Source: a virus. From it: a stretch of DNA of 40,537 nucleotides. This document shows positions 31,301-40,488 of this stretch, in pieces. The first letter of the stretch is position 1, and each line of letters opens with the position of its first letter. The notes beneath the pieces were generated by a model. The model had not been told where the DNA came from. It made no database searches and saw nothing but the letters and a program-made list of their open reading frames with translations. The position numbers and the translations under genes were made by a program. The stretch spans positions 1 to 40,537 of the IMG/VR virus record IMGVR_UViG_3300002035_000002. The stretch is one strand, 5' to 3'.

Positions 31301-32249
31301 CATCGGATTCCTCTACTATCTCATCTAGCTCTCTTCTGCCAATCGTCCCTACAATCTCGTCACTCACCTCTTCTGCGGCTTGACCTGAGACTGGAGCTTC
31401 TGGGTCACGCTTAGGCAGCTTCAGCTCCACGATCTCCTCATCCACATCCCTAGTGAGAGAAGGCCCTTGGATAGGGTCTGAGGTGCCGTCACTGTTGTTT
31501 CTAAAGGCGATTGGAGCCTCGTCCCCTGCGTGTCTACCTAAGGCTGCTAGGGAAGTAGCTCCCCCTCCTAGAATACCTCCGCCTAGGCTAAGCAAGAATT
31601 CGGCTGTATCGTTCTCAGGGAAGAGGGCATTAGATACTCCTCCTCCGGCCCCGGCACCAGCAGCAGCTCCCAGCTCCCCTAAGGCGAATAGCCCCGGCCT
31701 TTTTGCGCTCTCCGCCGCTCCTCGGGCTAGCGTTCGTGGAAGCCATCTCTTACTCTGGAGAGCAGTCCTGACACCTGCCTGAGAGGCTGAGTTAAGTCTT
31801 CCACCCCATGCCAGAAACCCTGCACCGGGGAGGATAGACCCGCCTAAGGCTTGAGCAGCTATGTCTACTCCCTTCTCGACTGCCCCTGAAGGCGCTCCTA
31901 CAGAGGCCTGTATAGAAGAACTTCTCCGCCATCCGAACCTCTCCGCAAACTGTTTGAGGCCTTCCTGAGAACTGGCAAAGGGAGTTTCTTCTCCCGTTAT
32001 AGGAGAGGCTGCCCAACGAATCACGCCGGGAATTAAGCCTGCTACGTCTAAGGCCCCTTCGGAAAGGGAGGTGGCTGTATTGAGCGAGACCCTCCTTCCG
32101 GTAGAGACTCTCGGGGCGGTGGCTTCTCTGTTCTTCCGCTGATCTCTTTCGATATCCTCACGGCTCCTAACCGTAGGCGCGCGGAGGGGAGGGTTATCCA
32201 GAAAGTCTTCGTCGTTCAGCCCTTCGAAGATGTCTATAGAGTCTGTCAT
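28380..32249 (-). CDS. Internal virion protein D / ejectosome protein (T7 gp16-like by size and position)
   Basis: 1289 aa (T7 gp16 is about 1318 aa). It is the last of four internal-protein genes after tail tubular B. No SLT motif was seen in its N-terminus. Confidence 0.8.
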   Translation of the reverse strand: MTDSIDIFEGLNDEDFLDNPPLRAPTVRSREDIERDQRKNREATAPRVSTGRRVSLNTATSLSEGALDVAGLIPGVIRWAASPITGEETPFASSQEGLKQFAERFGWRRSSSIQASVGAPSGAVEKGVDIAAQALGGSILPGAGFLAWGGRLNSASQAGVRTALQSKRWLPRTLARGAAESAKRPGLFALGELGAAAGAGAGGGVSNALFPENDTAEFLLSLGGGILGGGATSLAALGRHAGDEAPIAFRNNSDGTSDPIQGPSLTRDVDEEIVELKLPKRDPEAPVSGQAAEEVSDEIVGTIGRRELDEIVEESDAFVKAPKEKKAETISNFDWEDVSRDLLANARGRIGILGTPEDAESLMAALGREIDQKTVLKDIDVAVTAQQIADDLGTTPEDLLAFSERVATQGITQVAALMGVRTAYKRVQSEMNSRFILGVDYASATPDFWVDAAEGIHNLYAIHHGIKQAQAQGGRVLRINQLPDADTYIEEFKSALKTRVEGRPLDKTQATDELAEAGEDVTDLTQIPEKADLGSLPDSPEDVQRWLEEWSLTGGDPKKQFGMLDAKLGDLIKRPNSAGYVVQSAANLYVANLLSGLKTYALNATGPALMATWRRGYRQVGSRLLSVAATKETRQTQAEIAKNLHLSYRATRIAQAEAFNAAKDMMAGTQVKHALSNFARASVSDETALAVGNSIRSAQQGQTSIGGGSIFTDAVSGYGPVPFNMEDGIVDRSLYGLGNLMNLWPRAAGRVMLGMDDFAKTKIGLTEVKARAVEEAALREITEPREIEQLVKERMQAALDPETGKLSDLTALERAETLTLTKTPGRAGTAFRKFSSGVNGLRANHPWMRFILPIYNVPMNGMHLVYKSSGVNLFRKHYRDELAGKMGPIAQADAAGRTVMGTSVLAAGAYLAEEGYITGALPSNPRDRKAWQEKGIQPYSLKVGDGWLSFDRLDVLGALLSIPATLLDVTKHTDDEESAYESFGVGVAAMAEWMMDRAALRAASDLINFSSNPLVDPGEYFKRTTANIASNLAPFGIAVAQKNLTPLLDNRRRLKNTWTDYIQATVPGLSRGLEPARNILGEPIDRPENVAGGLLPFSFSSSNPAVDDIMDELYDLYQETGYFPTGESDVTLGFFDAQEAILEDGYSLYDHFHSVKQTYQHPDTGLTYEAALRELINSPEYQEAVDGSATRAETSRGDLNRPFLVSQLTTEYNRLIKAEIAEASPIALNYLATARAKEGDRAYLNDLPFEQALNDPRQLETRGVDVGGFQDQVREGATGALLDLFEGEE

Positions 32250-34729
32250 CGTTTCGCTCTCCTATTGCTAGAGGGCCGTGTAACTGATTCTCTAGAGATA
32301 TTATTAGCTGTTTGTCTAATGAAGTTTTGAAGGGCAAGGGCGGCTTCGCGCTGCGCTCCGGCATAATCGTTCGGGTTCTTGGACAGATGAATCAACACTG
32401 CGTCCTGCATAGCCGATTCTGCCTGAGCGTCCCAATTGATGCTTCCTTTCCGGTCTGGGCTTAAGGCCCTGAATGTCCTCCCGGTCTTAGTCAGATTCCG
32501 GTGGGTGAGGAGTTTCCGCCTTGCCTCTATAACTTTCCCTTTAACGAATACATTTAAATCTGACCTACTGTCAATCTTTCTTTGGGCAGCCTCTTGCTCC
32601 GCTTTACTGATAGCCCTATTGGCATCGCGCTCATTCTTATTGGCCTGCCGCTCTGCGGTGGATAAGGCAGTATTGATTATCTGCTGGGCAGCAGCCGGGG
32701 CAACCACACGCTGCGTAACCATATTCTCAACTCGTGTCTGCAAGTCCTCGCTGTAGCCTGATTGGACAGCTTCCGTATACACCCTTAAGGTGGCGTTGGC
32801 TTGGGACGGGTCCTGTGATCTCCTAGAGATTATGGCGTTGTCTAGCCCTATCGAACCTTCTATTTCGGCCCTGACTTTAGCAAGGGCGGCATTCGCAACC
32901 GGAAGGGAATATCCTCTTTCCAGTAGAGACTTGCGGACCTCATTCGGACTTAAGTTAGCTTCGTTGATATTAGAGCCGTAGGTCTCGTAGATATGGTCCA
33001 TCGCCTCGAAAGCCTGAGCCTCTCTTCGCAAGGAACGCTCCCTAACGCGCCGCATGATCTTCTGCTCTCTAGCTCTTCGTATCCCCGCCGCTGTTGCTTC
33101 GTTTCGTGAAGCCACTCCGGGCAAAGACATAAGGTTAGGACCATCGCCTATTCGCGAGAAAGGGGTTTCCTCATTGAGCCTGAAAGCTTTTTCGTCTCCG
33201 GGAAATGCCCCAAGTGGAGAACTTTGAGGACCGGCCACGCCTGAGGAACGAGTGACAGGAAAATCTCCGCCTATCTCTCCCGAGGCTTTTTCGGGGTTCA
33301 AGTATTGACGTTTCCCCGCCTTGTTCAATTTAAACACCGAGTAGTGGAGATGAGGACCTGTAGAGGTTCCGGCACCGGGCGTCCCTTTCTGGCCTCCGCT
33401 CAATCCGAATACCTGATCTGCCGCCACAAAGTCTCCTTTTTTGGCATCCAATCTACTCATATGTCCAACCGACGCGAACAGGTTAGGACCTATCCGTATC
33501 TCTGTGGTGAAGCCAAGGCCTCTCTTATTTCCTGAGAAGGTTACCTCACCGCCAAACGGGAGCTTGAGAGGGGTTCCCTGCTTCGCTCTGTAGTCCACTC
33601 CACGGTGGAAAGTGGAGGCCCCACGGGTAGGGCGCTTACGAGGCCCAAAGCCTGACGTTCTGGTGAATCCTGCAAAGGCCTTAGGTAGCCTCCCTTTGTG
33701 AGAACTGACCTTTACTGACGTTACTCTCTCTTGCTGTTTCTGAAACGTGGCGTCTCCCTTCAGGCGGCCGCTAGGGGCAGGAGCTTCAGAGGAGGGGGAT
33801 TGTGCCGGGGCTTCTGGAGGGTCTTCCAGAGTTTCTAGTAAGGCCTCCACAGACTGCCCGAATGAGCGTTCTTCAGGAGGGTTAGGGAGAGCCTGCCCTG
33901 AACTAAACTCAGGAACAACCCGTCGCTCGCCTACCTTGGAGAGGCCGTTGAGAAGCTCAGGGGCGCTTTTCAAACTTAACAATTCCTCTGAGCCTTCGGC
34001 GCGGGCGAAGCCATCTATGATCTGTTCGAGTAGGCCTCTGTATTCAATCTCACTTCCGCCTGTTCCCCTATGCTGTTGCGCAACAGGGGCTATAGCTTGC
34101 AACGCTTGGTTGACAGTTATGTTCCCACCGACAGCAGCGTATTGCTGGCTCAAGGCCTCAACCCCCATAATGACTAGGTTCTGGTCTCTTTCTTGGACTA
34201 TCCGGGTGGAGTTAGTGGCTACGTTAGATTGAAGGACCTGCGGGGTGACTTGCGCCTCTGCGGACTTGAACCCCGTTATAGCGTCCTCTCCCTCATACTG
34301 GAGGGCGATATCCCCTACTTCCTTCCTCCAACGCTGTTCAAAGGCTACATGATCGTCCTTCTCATCCCACGTCTGGCTCTCAACTTGGAGCTGCTGAAGG
34401 GAACGCTGGGAACGGATTGCCGCGCTTTCTCGGTTGTAGGCTTGAACGTAGAAGGGGTTTTGAGTCTTCCTGATTCGACCGTCCCTAACTGCATCTGCGA
34501 GCTGGGCACCAGAGGTGGCAATGGCGTCCCTCTGGGCGAGGGCTGTGTTTCTCGCTCTGCTCTTCTGAGTTGCGGTGTTGAACGCCTGCCTAGCTTCCCT
34601 AGAGGTGTCTCTTAAGGAGGTCGCGAGGAGTAACGCGGAGTTGTTCTGCGAAGGGGACAGACTTGCTCCGGGAAGTTGAGCTGCTGTCTGAATGCTCCCT
34701 CTACGGAGAGGGTCTGTCGATCTAGCCAT
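32246..34729 (-). CDS. Internal virion protein C (T7 gp15 position) carrying an M23 peptidase domain
   Basis: 827 aa from the ATG at 34729 (SD GGAGGAG, and an 8-nt overlap with the upstream gene). The tracked start at 34807 lies inside the upstream gene. Confidence 0.85.
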   Translation of the reverse strand: MARSTDPLRRGSIQTAAQLPGASLSPSQNNSALLLATSLRDTSREARQAFNTATQKSRARNTALAQRDAIATSGAQLADAVRDGRIRKTQNPFYVQAYNRESAAIRSQRSLQQLQVESQTWDEKDDHVAFEQRWRKEVGDIALQYEGEDAITGFKSAEAQVTPQVLQSNVATNSTRIVQERDQNLVIMGVEALSQQYAAVGGNITVNQALQAIAPVAQQHRGTGGSEIEYRGLLEQIIDGFARAEGSEELLSLKSAPELLNGLSKVGERRVVPEFSSGQALPNPPEERSFGQSVEALLETLEDPPEAPAQSPSSEAPAPSGRLKGDATFQKQQERVTSVKVSSHKGRLPKAFAGFTRTSGFGPRKRPTRGASTFHRGVDYRAKQGTPLKLPFGGEVTFSGNKRGLGFTTEIRIGPNLFASVGHMSRLDAKKGDFVAADQVFGLSGGQKGTPGAGTSTGPHLHYSVFKLNKAGKRQYLNPEKASGEIGGDFPVTRSSGVAGPQSSPLGAFPGDEKAFRLNEETPFSRIGDGPNLMSLPGVASRNEATAAGIRRAREQKIMRRVRERSLRREAQAFEAMDHIYETYGSNINEANLSPNEVRKSLLERGYSLPVANAALAKVRAEIEGSIGLDNAIISRRSQDPSQANATLRVYTEAVQSGYSEDLQTRVENMVTQRVVAPAAAQQIINTALSTAERQANKNERDANRAISKAEQEAAQRKIDSRSDLNVFVKGKVIEARRKLLTHRNLTKTGRTFRALSPDRKGSINWDAQAESAMQDAVLIHLSKNPNDYAGAQREAALALQNFIRQTANNISRESVTRPSSNRRAKR
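33293..33676 (-). other. Peptidase M23 (LytM-type) domain
   Basis: It reads ..GFGPRKRPTRGASTFHRGVDYRAKQGTP... (HxxxD) and ...GTSTGPHLHYSV (HxH). Confidence 0.8.
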
Positions 34730-35255
34730 CCTGTTCTCCTCCGCCTTTCGGCCTACCCCCGCCCGAGGCGTTATAGGTGTTATAACCGGAAAGGGCTGCG
34801 TTACCAAGGCCCAGTGCGAGCCTCACTACCGACCCTCTGGGGACCTGATTGATTCGAGACTGCCTACGCACGTCGGCATCCTCCCGAGACCGGGCTATGC
34901 CTAGCCTCTGGTTTTGATCTGTGATATGCTCCGCAGTCACGTCCCGAGCTACCCCAAACATAGAAGCGTTTAAGGCTTGGACAACGGAAGGCCCAGCTAG
35001 GCCCCTAGCAGTTGCTGAGGCTGCTATCTGCCCCTCTGCTTGGAGGGAGGCAATGGCCGTATCGACCGCGTTCTCTGTATCGATCTGGTCCAATTCCACC
35101 TGACGCCGGTTTAGGGCATCCGTATCTCGGGCGTGGTCGATATTCGCGGCGTCTCTATTGGCTGAGGCTGCTTGGTTCTGGCCTACAAAGCCGAGGACTG
35201 AGCTTCCCGCCTGTAGCGCAAACGAAGATATGGCGGCGATCATGGGGAGGGACAT
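34722..35255 (-). CDS. Internal virion protein B (T7 gp14-like)
   Basis: 177 aa. The N-terminus is hydrophobic (MSLPMIAAISSFALQAGSSVLGF) and is followed by a Q/A/R-rich helix, as in T7 gp14 (MCWAAAIPIAISGAQAISGQNAQ...). The position fits. Confidence 0.7.
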   Translation of the reverse strand: MSLPMIAAISSFALQAGSSVLGFVGQNQAASANRDAANIDHARDTDALNRRQVELDQIDTENAVDTAIASLQAEGQIAASATARGLAGPSVVQALNASMFGVARDVTAEHITDQNQRLGIARSREDADVRRQSRINQVPRGSVVRLALGLGNAALSGYNTYNASGGGRPKGGGEQDG

Positions 35256-35737
35256 TAGGGTAACTCCTGTAAGGGCTTGAGCATGAAGCGTCTATGCAAC
35301 GTGCCTTGGTTGTAGATAGTGCCGGGAATAAAGTCAACACATCCTGACTGCTCTAACCACTTTATTCTAGACCCGTTATGAACAGGGACGGTATTAAATA
35401 GCCTTCTGTTCGTCCCGGCTTTAATTGCTATAGCTCTGGACCACATAGGCAATCTTGCCATAAGGGCCTTATACTGGCTCAGGGAGAGGTCCGTCCATTG
35501 CGTCCAGATAATCCCCGCCTTAAGAGGAAGCCAGCTCCAGCCTCCCGCGCCGATGATCTTGTCTCCGTCCCAAACTCCCCAGCTATCGCCATAAGGTTCC
35601 TTTAAGGCCTGTGTCATCCCTTCTTGAGGGGACAGCCACCCGTGGGTCTTCCAATCCTGTAGGTCCTCGTCCCTCAGGTCCTCGCAAAGGTCCATTGCAT
35701 CCTGAAGACTAAGCCGTCTTGCTGTTAGTTGTTTCAT
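35255..35737 (-). CDS. Internal virion protein A (T7 gp13 position)
   Basis: 160 aa, immediately downstream of tail tubular B. The assignment is by synteny only. Confidence 0.55.
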   Translation of the reverse strand: MKQLTARRLSLQDAMDLCEDLRDEDLQDWKTHGWLSPQEGMTQALKEPYGDSWGVWDGDKIIGAGGWSWLPLKAGIIWTQWTDLSLSQYKALMARLPMWSRAIAIKAGTNRRLFNTVPVHNGSRIKWLEQSGCVDFIPGTIYNQGTLHRRFMLKPLQELP

Positions 35738-35739
35738 CC

Positions 35740-38241
35740 CTATCCTCTCCTCGATTTAGCGTTAAGCTCTCCATGCCAAGTGAACCCCATGACCGAGGTT
35801 GACAGGTGGCTAGGGTTAGACACGGTGATAGATACGTCATCGCTACTTCCTCGGATAGGCGTTGCCCATTCCCCAGTAAAGATTCCTACTTCATCAAAGT
35901 CTGTGTCAGGGTCATCAAAGCGGGGGCCTTCAAAGAGATATTCTCTGGCGGCCCTACCTCCTACCTTCACGGTTACGTTCACACGGGTAGCTTCTTGAAG
36001 CTCCCACGTTATTTTCTTTAGCACCATCCTTCCAGATCGTATCGGGCTGTCGTCTTCCTGATTTCGGGCGTAGATGGTGGAAAGCTCCCAGATACTTGAA
36101 TACTTCAGGCCTAAGTAGAGAGGGCAATTTGTCCAGTCGCCTTCAAGGAGAACCTGATTGGCTGCCGGATAGGAGACCACTTCGGGCATTATCCCTTCAG
36201 ATGCTGGGAGGAGAGAGCCTGTTATCGATAGTCCCCCCTCTCCCCCGGGCGCTCGCACTGAGGCGAATACGCTCCCTGTAGGGACAGAGTAAGGCAGCGT
36301 AAATAGGGTGTCTCCTGAGGGTTGTAGGGCCGGTGAACAATCCTCTGAGACTACCCGAAAGTCAAACTTGGTCAATACCCGCGAAGCGTCGTCAACATCT
36401 AAAACCCCCGGAGCCGTGCGGAGGGACAGTATAACCGCACCCATCGTTGCTGAGGAGGCGTAGACAAAGAGCGTAGTGTTATCGAACCACATCCCCCGCA
36501 GTGTCCATCCCTCTTGCAGCTTCCACCGGAACCACGCGTTCTGAATCCTCTGCCTCTCAGTGTATCGGAACAGGTGGCAGTAGATGAACTGGCTTCCAGT
36601 CTTACCGTAGCAGGCCATGTAGTTGACTGGACAGGAGGTTACTAAGTCTACGTCAGCTTCGACATACTTAGGAACAGAGACCCCCATATCGTCCCCCTCC
36701 TCTGTTTGGATGCTGCCTGTTATTTCAAACTCGTAGACAGTTGAGGAGGACTGCCCACGAGGAGCCATCATGTAAAGCCTATCATTTATAGGCTGCGGGT
36801 CAATTAAGTCTGAGGATTCGTAAGCTGCAAACTCGTCAATCCTAAGCGTCTCACTATCATTTGTAGCAGCATCGATGGTGACCTGAGCCTGAGCATCTTC
36901 GCCTACCAGAATGAGTTTCCTCTTGAAGGAGGTTGCGTGATGGAATTTGGCCTTCCGGTCGTGAGGGTTGATTAGCTCTACTGGGTCATCCGCGAGAACC
37001 TGAGAAAGCGTCTTTGGGTACAACCTGAACGGGTCAGAGGCTGAGGACAGTCGGCCTCCTTCGTTATAGACCAGAGCAATCCGCCCAGCCCAAAATGAAA
37101 TATCCTCTAGGGTCAGACCTACGAAGCCGGGGTCAGGAGCCAAGTCCTCGTCCCCTATGTCACGCTCCCCCCACGGCTGGACGTTGATCTCCCAAGTGCC
37201 CCCTACCGGGTTATATTCCAGAGCGACAGGAAGGGTCGCCGGGTCGATACCTTTCTCGGCACCGCTCCCTACGGTCTCCTCCCATATTCCCGTTCCGGGT
37301 CCAGCACTCTCAGCATACCTCAGGTAGTAGTCATCTTCTTCAGCGCCCGTCGTTTGGCTGATACGAACAGTGAACCCATCTACAGCCACCTTGGGAAGGT
37401 CTGATACTGTCTGGGCCTTATCCTTGATAGCCAGCATGGCTGACCCGCCCTGACCATCCTTGACCTCGATAGTGAAGGCGGTGGAGGGGTGTGATAGGTA
37501 AAGAACTGAGCCTTGAAGTGCTACAGTGAATCCTTGTGAGGTGAGGGCGTTGAGGTTACCTGTGATGAAAGCGGCATTAACAGTCGTATAAGAGCCGTCT
37601 CTTAAGGCATCCGCAAGGACATCCGTATCTACCCATTGCGCATCTTCGGAGTCTTTCCCGTTGGGCGTCCTTAGCGATGCAGTTATAGGGGTTCCCTCTT
37701 CCGGCGTGACAGTCACTGTGTAGGTTCTTCCGAAGGCTGCCTGCCTCACCCACACGATTCCCTCATTGGGCCTCTCAGTGTGCTTCTCAGGGAGACCTCC
37801 TCCGTCGCGTTGAATATCTACAGGGACCTTACGGTTGAGGATGAAGGTGTAGTCCTCGATATGAAGGAGGCGGTAGTCAAGGCTGGGGTTAGGATTGCCT
37901 GCGTCAAGGTAGGCTTGTGCCTCCGCAGAGATGGTGACGTCAGGGTCTGTGTTCCCTAGAAGGTCAGTGAGGTAGGCGACACAATCGCTCGCCCCTGTTC
38001 CTCTGTGAAGGATGAAGCCGTATCGATTATCCCCATCCTCAATCTGCATAGACTTCGAGGAGTTGGAGAAGGCACCGGGCACCGCGCGAACGAAGTCCAT
38101 AGGGGGCCTGTCTGTGAAACCTTGGGGAACCGCGATCATGCAATCTTGAAGCATCTCTGCCTGTTGCTCTAATCGGGTCGCTTGAGGTGCTTGAGAAACC
38201 CCCTGATAGGGGGCCTCGATGAATCGATCATAGCGAGACAT
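35740..38241 (-). CDS. Tail tubular protein B (T7 gp12-like)
   Basis: 833 aa (T7 gp12 is 794 aa). It lies directly downstream of the gp11 homologue. Confidence 0.9.
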   Translation of the reverse strand: MSRYDRFIEAPYQGVSQAPQATRLEQQAEMLQDCMIAVPQGFTDRPPMDFVRAVPGAFSNSSKSMQIEDGDNRYGFILHRGTGASDCVAYLTDLLGNTDPDVTISAEAQAYLDAGNPNPSLDYRLLHIEDYTFILNRKVPVDIQRDGGGLPEKHTERPNEGIVWVRQAAFGRTYTVTVTPEEGTPITASLRTPNGKDSEDAQWVDTDVLADALRDGSYTTVNAAFITGNLNALTSQGFTVALQGSVLYLSHPSTAFTIEVKDGQGGSAMLAIKDKAQTVSDLPKVAVDGFTVRISQTTGAEEDDYYLRYAESAGPGTGIWEETVGSGAEKGIDPATLPVALEYNPVGGTWEINVQPWGERDIGDEDLAPDPGFVGLTLEDISFWAGRIALVYNEGGRLSSASDPFRLYPKTLSQVLADDPVELINPHDRKAKFHHATSFKRKLILVGEDAQAQVTIDAATNDSETLRIDEFAAYESSDLIDPQPINDRLYMMAPRGQSSSTVYEFEITGSIQTEEGDDMGVSVPKYVEADVDLVTSCPVNYMACYGKTGSQFIYCHLFRYTERQRIQNAWFRWKLQEGWTLRGMWFDNTTLFVYASSATMGAVILSLRTAPGVLDVDDASRVLTKFDFRVVSEDCSPALQPSGDTLFTLPYSVPTGSVFASVRAPGGEGGLSITGSLLPASEGIMPEVVSYPAANQVLLEGDWTNCPLYLGLKYSSIWELSTIYARNQEDDSPIRSGRMVLKKITWELQEATRVNVTVKVGGRAAREYLFEGPRFDDPDTDFDEVGIFTGEWATPIRGSSDDVSITVSNPSHLSTSVMGFTWHGELNAKSRRG

Positions 38242-38246
38242 AGAGG

Positions 38247-38843
38247 TTACCTCCTGCGGGTATCTGTAGAGCTGGCCGGGTGGACCTGATTATGGGGACC
38301 CTGATCGTCTTCGAGTTGTTCAAGGAGGGTCATCGAAGCGGTTACGTCAGCCTCGTTTACCCGGTCTATCGCCGAGGAAGTTAGCTCCCGCATTTGGAAA
38401 GCACGGAGAGCCTTGTAGACGATTGCCTGTCGGGCTTCCTCTGGCATCTCGTCCCAGTTGAGATAGACGAACATATCTACCGTTACTGGGTCCGTGAATT
38501 TTGAATAAGACCGTTCTTCTCGGTCGTATAGTCTCCTCCCTCTCTTGATGATCTTGGAATCCCCCGGTGAGGTGCGGAAGGCCAGAGTCACCCGGATAGC
38601 ACTTTCAGGGACCAGTATCTCTCCCTCTGAGTTAGGGGATAGTTTGAAATTCTCCTCGTGATTCCAGAACCAGCCCTTAGCTTGGACCATTCTATTAAAC
38701 TCGGCCAAGGTGCTTCTAGCGCCTGCCACGAGGGAGCTTTGGACGTTCTCCAGAGAGGAGACACTTTCTTCTCCAATACCGTTGAGGAGGACATTAACTG
38801 CATCCAATTCGGAGGATAGATCGTCAGGGACAGGGAAAGTCAT
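38247..38843 (-). CDS. Tail tubular protein A (T7 gp11-like)
   Basis: 198 aa. ELDAVNVLLNGIGEESVSSLE and KGWFWNHEEN match T7 gp11 [21 protein letters not shown] and RGWTFNIEEG. Confidence 0.93.
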   Translation of the reverse strand: MTFPVPDDLSSELDAVNVLLNGIGEESVSSLENVQSSLVAGARSTLAEFNRMVQAKGWFWNHEENFKLSPNSEGEILVPESAIRVTLAFRTSPGDSKIIKRGRRLYDREERSYSKFTDPVTVDMFVYLNWDEMPEEARQAIVYKALRAFQMRELTSSAIDRVNEADVTASMTLLEQLEDDQGPHNQVHPASSTDTRRR

Positions 38844-38949
38844 GGGCTACCTTAGCAAATAGTGAAGAGTAGAGATGGTGACCCCCACGCCTAAGGAGGG
38901 AGAGTGGAGTCCCTGTGAGGGCCACCAACTTGGAGAAAACTAGCTAGAG

Positions 38950-39891
38950 TTAGCTGGTCTTCAATTCGTGTGCTGATTCCGAACGGAGGCTACCATGACC
39001 CACCGCATAGCGGCCCACCATGAGGGTGCCCAGACGGCGAGGGTCGTAAGACATCTCGGTTGCAATGCCTACCAGCTCCACGGTGCCTGCGGCACTAGGG
39101 TGCGTAATAATCGCTGCGTTGTTCGAGTAGTCTCCGCGCAGGTGAGTCGGGACAGAGGTATTAGCAGAATCGTCCGCATTCACCTTGTTGTTCGACTTCA
39201 CCAGCTCGATAGCATTGACGCGCTTGACCATGCCAGAAGCAATCGAACCATTACCCTCAGGGTTCAGGTCGTTGTCAATAGGCTTCTCAGACTGCACTAC
39301 CAAGGCATACTGAGCGGGGCGCATGAAGGCAGAGCGTTCGCTCATAGGCACGTCATTCTCGTCAAGCTGGACGCCTGCTGCGAATATGCCCTGCCACAGA
39401 ACATTGCCGTCCGTCAGGTAGTTTGCATTGGTTGTAGAGCCACCGTCCGGCAAGTCCGAATTTGCCGCAGTTGCACGGGCCGCCTGAATCATTGCACGAG
39501 CAACATTCTGGTCGAAACCTTTTGCGAGGGCCTCACCAATTTCCGTTGAGTAAGGGCCGCGCACGTCATAGTGGTTCATAGCTTCATCAATGTTGGCGAT
39601 GAATACTGGGGCGACGATCTGGTCATCAATAACGATAACCCGTTCGGCTCCTTTAATATTCTCGCCTAGGATTTCAGCGCCCGGAGTGTGATACTGGGTC
39701 GAAGCGCGACCAAGCACAGGGAACTGAGCTGATTTGCCGTGGCTGATCGTCCGCATCATGTGGCGATCTCGGAAGTCACTTTCTCGGCCAAAGGCGGTGA
39801 GAACTTCACCACCAAAGACCTTTAGGAAGAGAGCCTTCGAGTCGCCCGCAGCGTTGACCTGACCAAGGCGTGAGGGGTTTGCATCTGTCAT
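38950..39891 (-). CDS. Major capsid protein (T7 gp10A-like)
   Basis: 313 aa. ALFLKVFGGEVLTAF is identical to the T7 gp10 segment. SHGKSAQFPVLGR matches T7 SSGKSAQFPVLGR. DEAMNHYDVRGPYS matches T7 EDAMNHYDVRSEYT. Confidence 0.97.
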   Translation of the reverse strand: MTDANPSRLGQVNAAGDSKALFLKVFGGEVLTAFGRESDFRDRHMMRTISHGKSAQFPVLGRASTQYHTPGAEILGENIKGAERVIVIDDQIVAPVFIANIDEAMNHYDVRGPYSTEIGEALAKGFDQNVARAMIQAARATAANSDLPDGGSTTNANYLTDGNVLWQGIFAAGVQLDENDVPMSERSAFMRPAQYALVVQSEKPIDNDLNPEGNGSIASGMVKRVNAIELVKSNNKVNADDSANTSVPTHLRGDYSNNAAIITHPSAAGTVELVGIATEMSYDPRRLGTLMVGRYAVGHGSLRSESAHELKTS

Positions 39892-39914
39892 ATTAAGAAT
39901 CTCCTTGTATGGAC

Positions 39915-39943
39915 TTTATGCAATCGAGGCTGTCCAGTGTCAA
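39915..39943 (-). promoter_or_regulatory. sigma70-like promoter candidate upstream of the capsid gene
   Basis: The minus strand reads TTGACA-CTGGACAGCCTCGATTG-CATAAA. The -35 is perfect, the spacer is 17 nt and the -10 matches 4 of 6. The -35 lies inside the 3' arm of a 10-bp inverted repeat. Confidence 0.3.
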
Positions 39944-39984
39944 TGGTTTTTCTCGCAAGGGGCACACTGGACAATAGGCCCCTT
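39931..39984 (-). other. Structured intergenic element between scaffold and capsid: two interlocked helices with H-type pseudoknot topology
   Basis: In the minus RNA, S1 is AAGGGGC (39984..39978) pairing with GCCCCTT (39963..39957). S2 is TGTCCAGTGT (39973..39964, inside the S1 loop) pairing with ACACTGGACA (39940..39931). Both helices are perfect. Confidence 0.45.
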
Positions 39985-40001
39985 TTGAGAAACTTGTTAG
40001 G

Positions 40002-40488
40002 TTAGAAGCTGCTGGCGGCTACCTTTGCTTCCACCTCTGCCCGGTAGGCTGCGTCTTTCTTGTAGCGAGGGTCGCCCATAGCGCGTTCCATCTCAGCCGA
40101 AGACTTAAACCCAACGGTCTCTTTCGAGGCTTCCTTGGAAGGAGTCTCCCGCGTGGCGTCTTTAGGGCCGGGACCATTCCCTTCCTCCTTCCATGCAGCA
40201 ACCGCCTTCTTGATGGTCGCTACCGGGTCGGTGTCAAGGCCCTTGTTGAACTCAGCCGTTTGCGCCTCATCGTAGCCTCCGTTATTCGCCCAGTCCTTGA
40301 AAGCCTCTAGGGATTCTTTACCCCCAGCGGCTTCTTCAGCCTGAGCTACAATAGGAGCTGCCTCTGCCTGCAAGCCTGCAAGGTAAACATCCACCATCTG
40401 TGGAGGGACATTCCAAGCTTCTGAGGCCTTGGCTTTCGCCTCTGCGGACAGGGTTCCGCTCTCTTCGAACTCAGTCGCCACTTCAGTA
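40002..40488 (-). CDS. Scaffolding protein (T7 gp9-like), 3' part. See 1..332.
   Basis: The tracked ORF 40002..40481 begins at an in-frame GTG that is an internal Val codon once the circle is closed. The sequence is acidic and Ala/Glu/Lys-rich. Confidence 0.75.

Noticed and set aside
38844-38949. A possible T7 Tphi-like terminator, a 10A/10B-type frameshift extension after the capsid gene, and a TAGCTAGT promoter half-site.
   Set aside because: Only weak, bulged hairpins without U-tracts are present. No slippery heptamer or extended alternative frame occurs near the capsid stop. The promoter similarity is limited to 8 nt.
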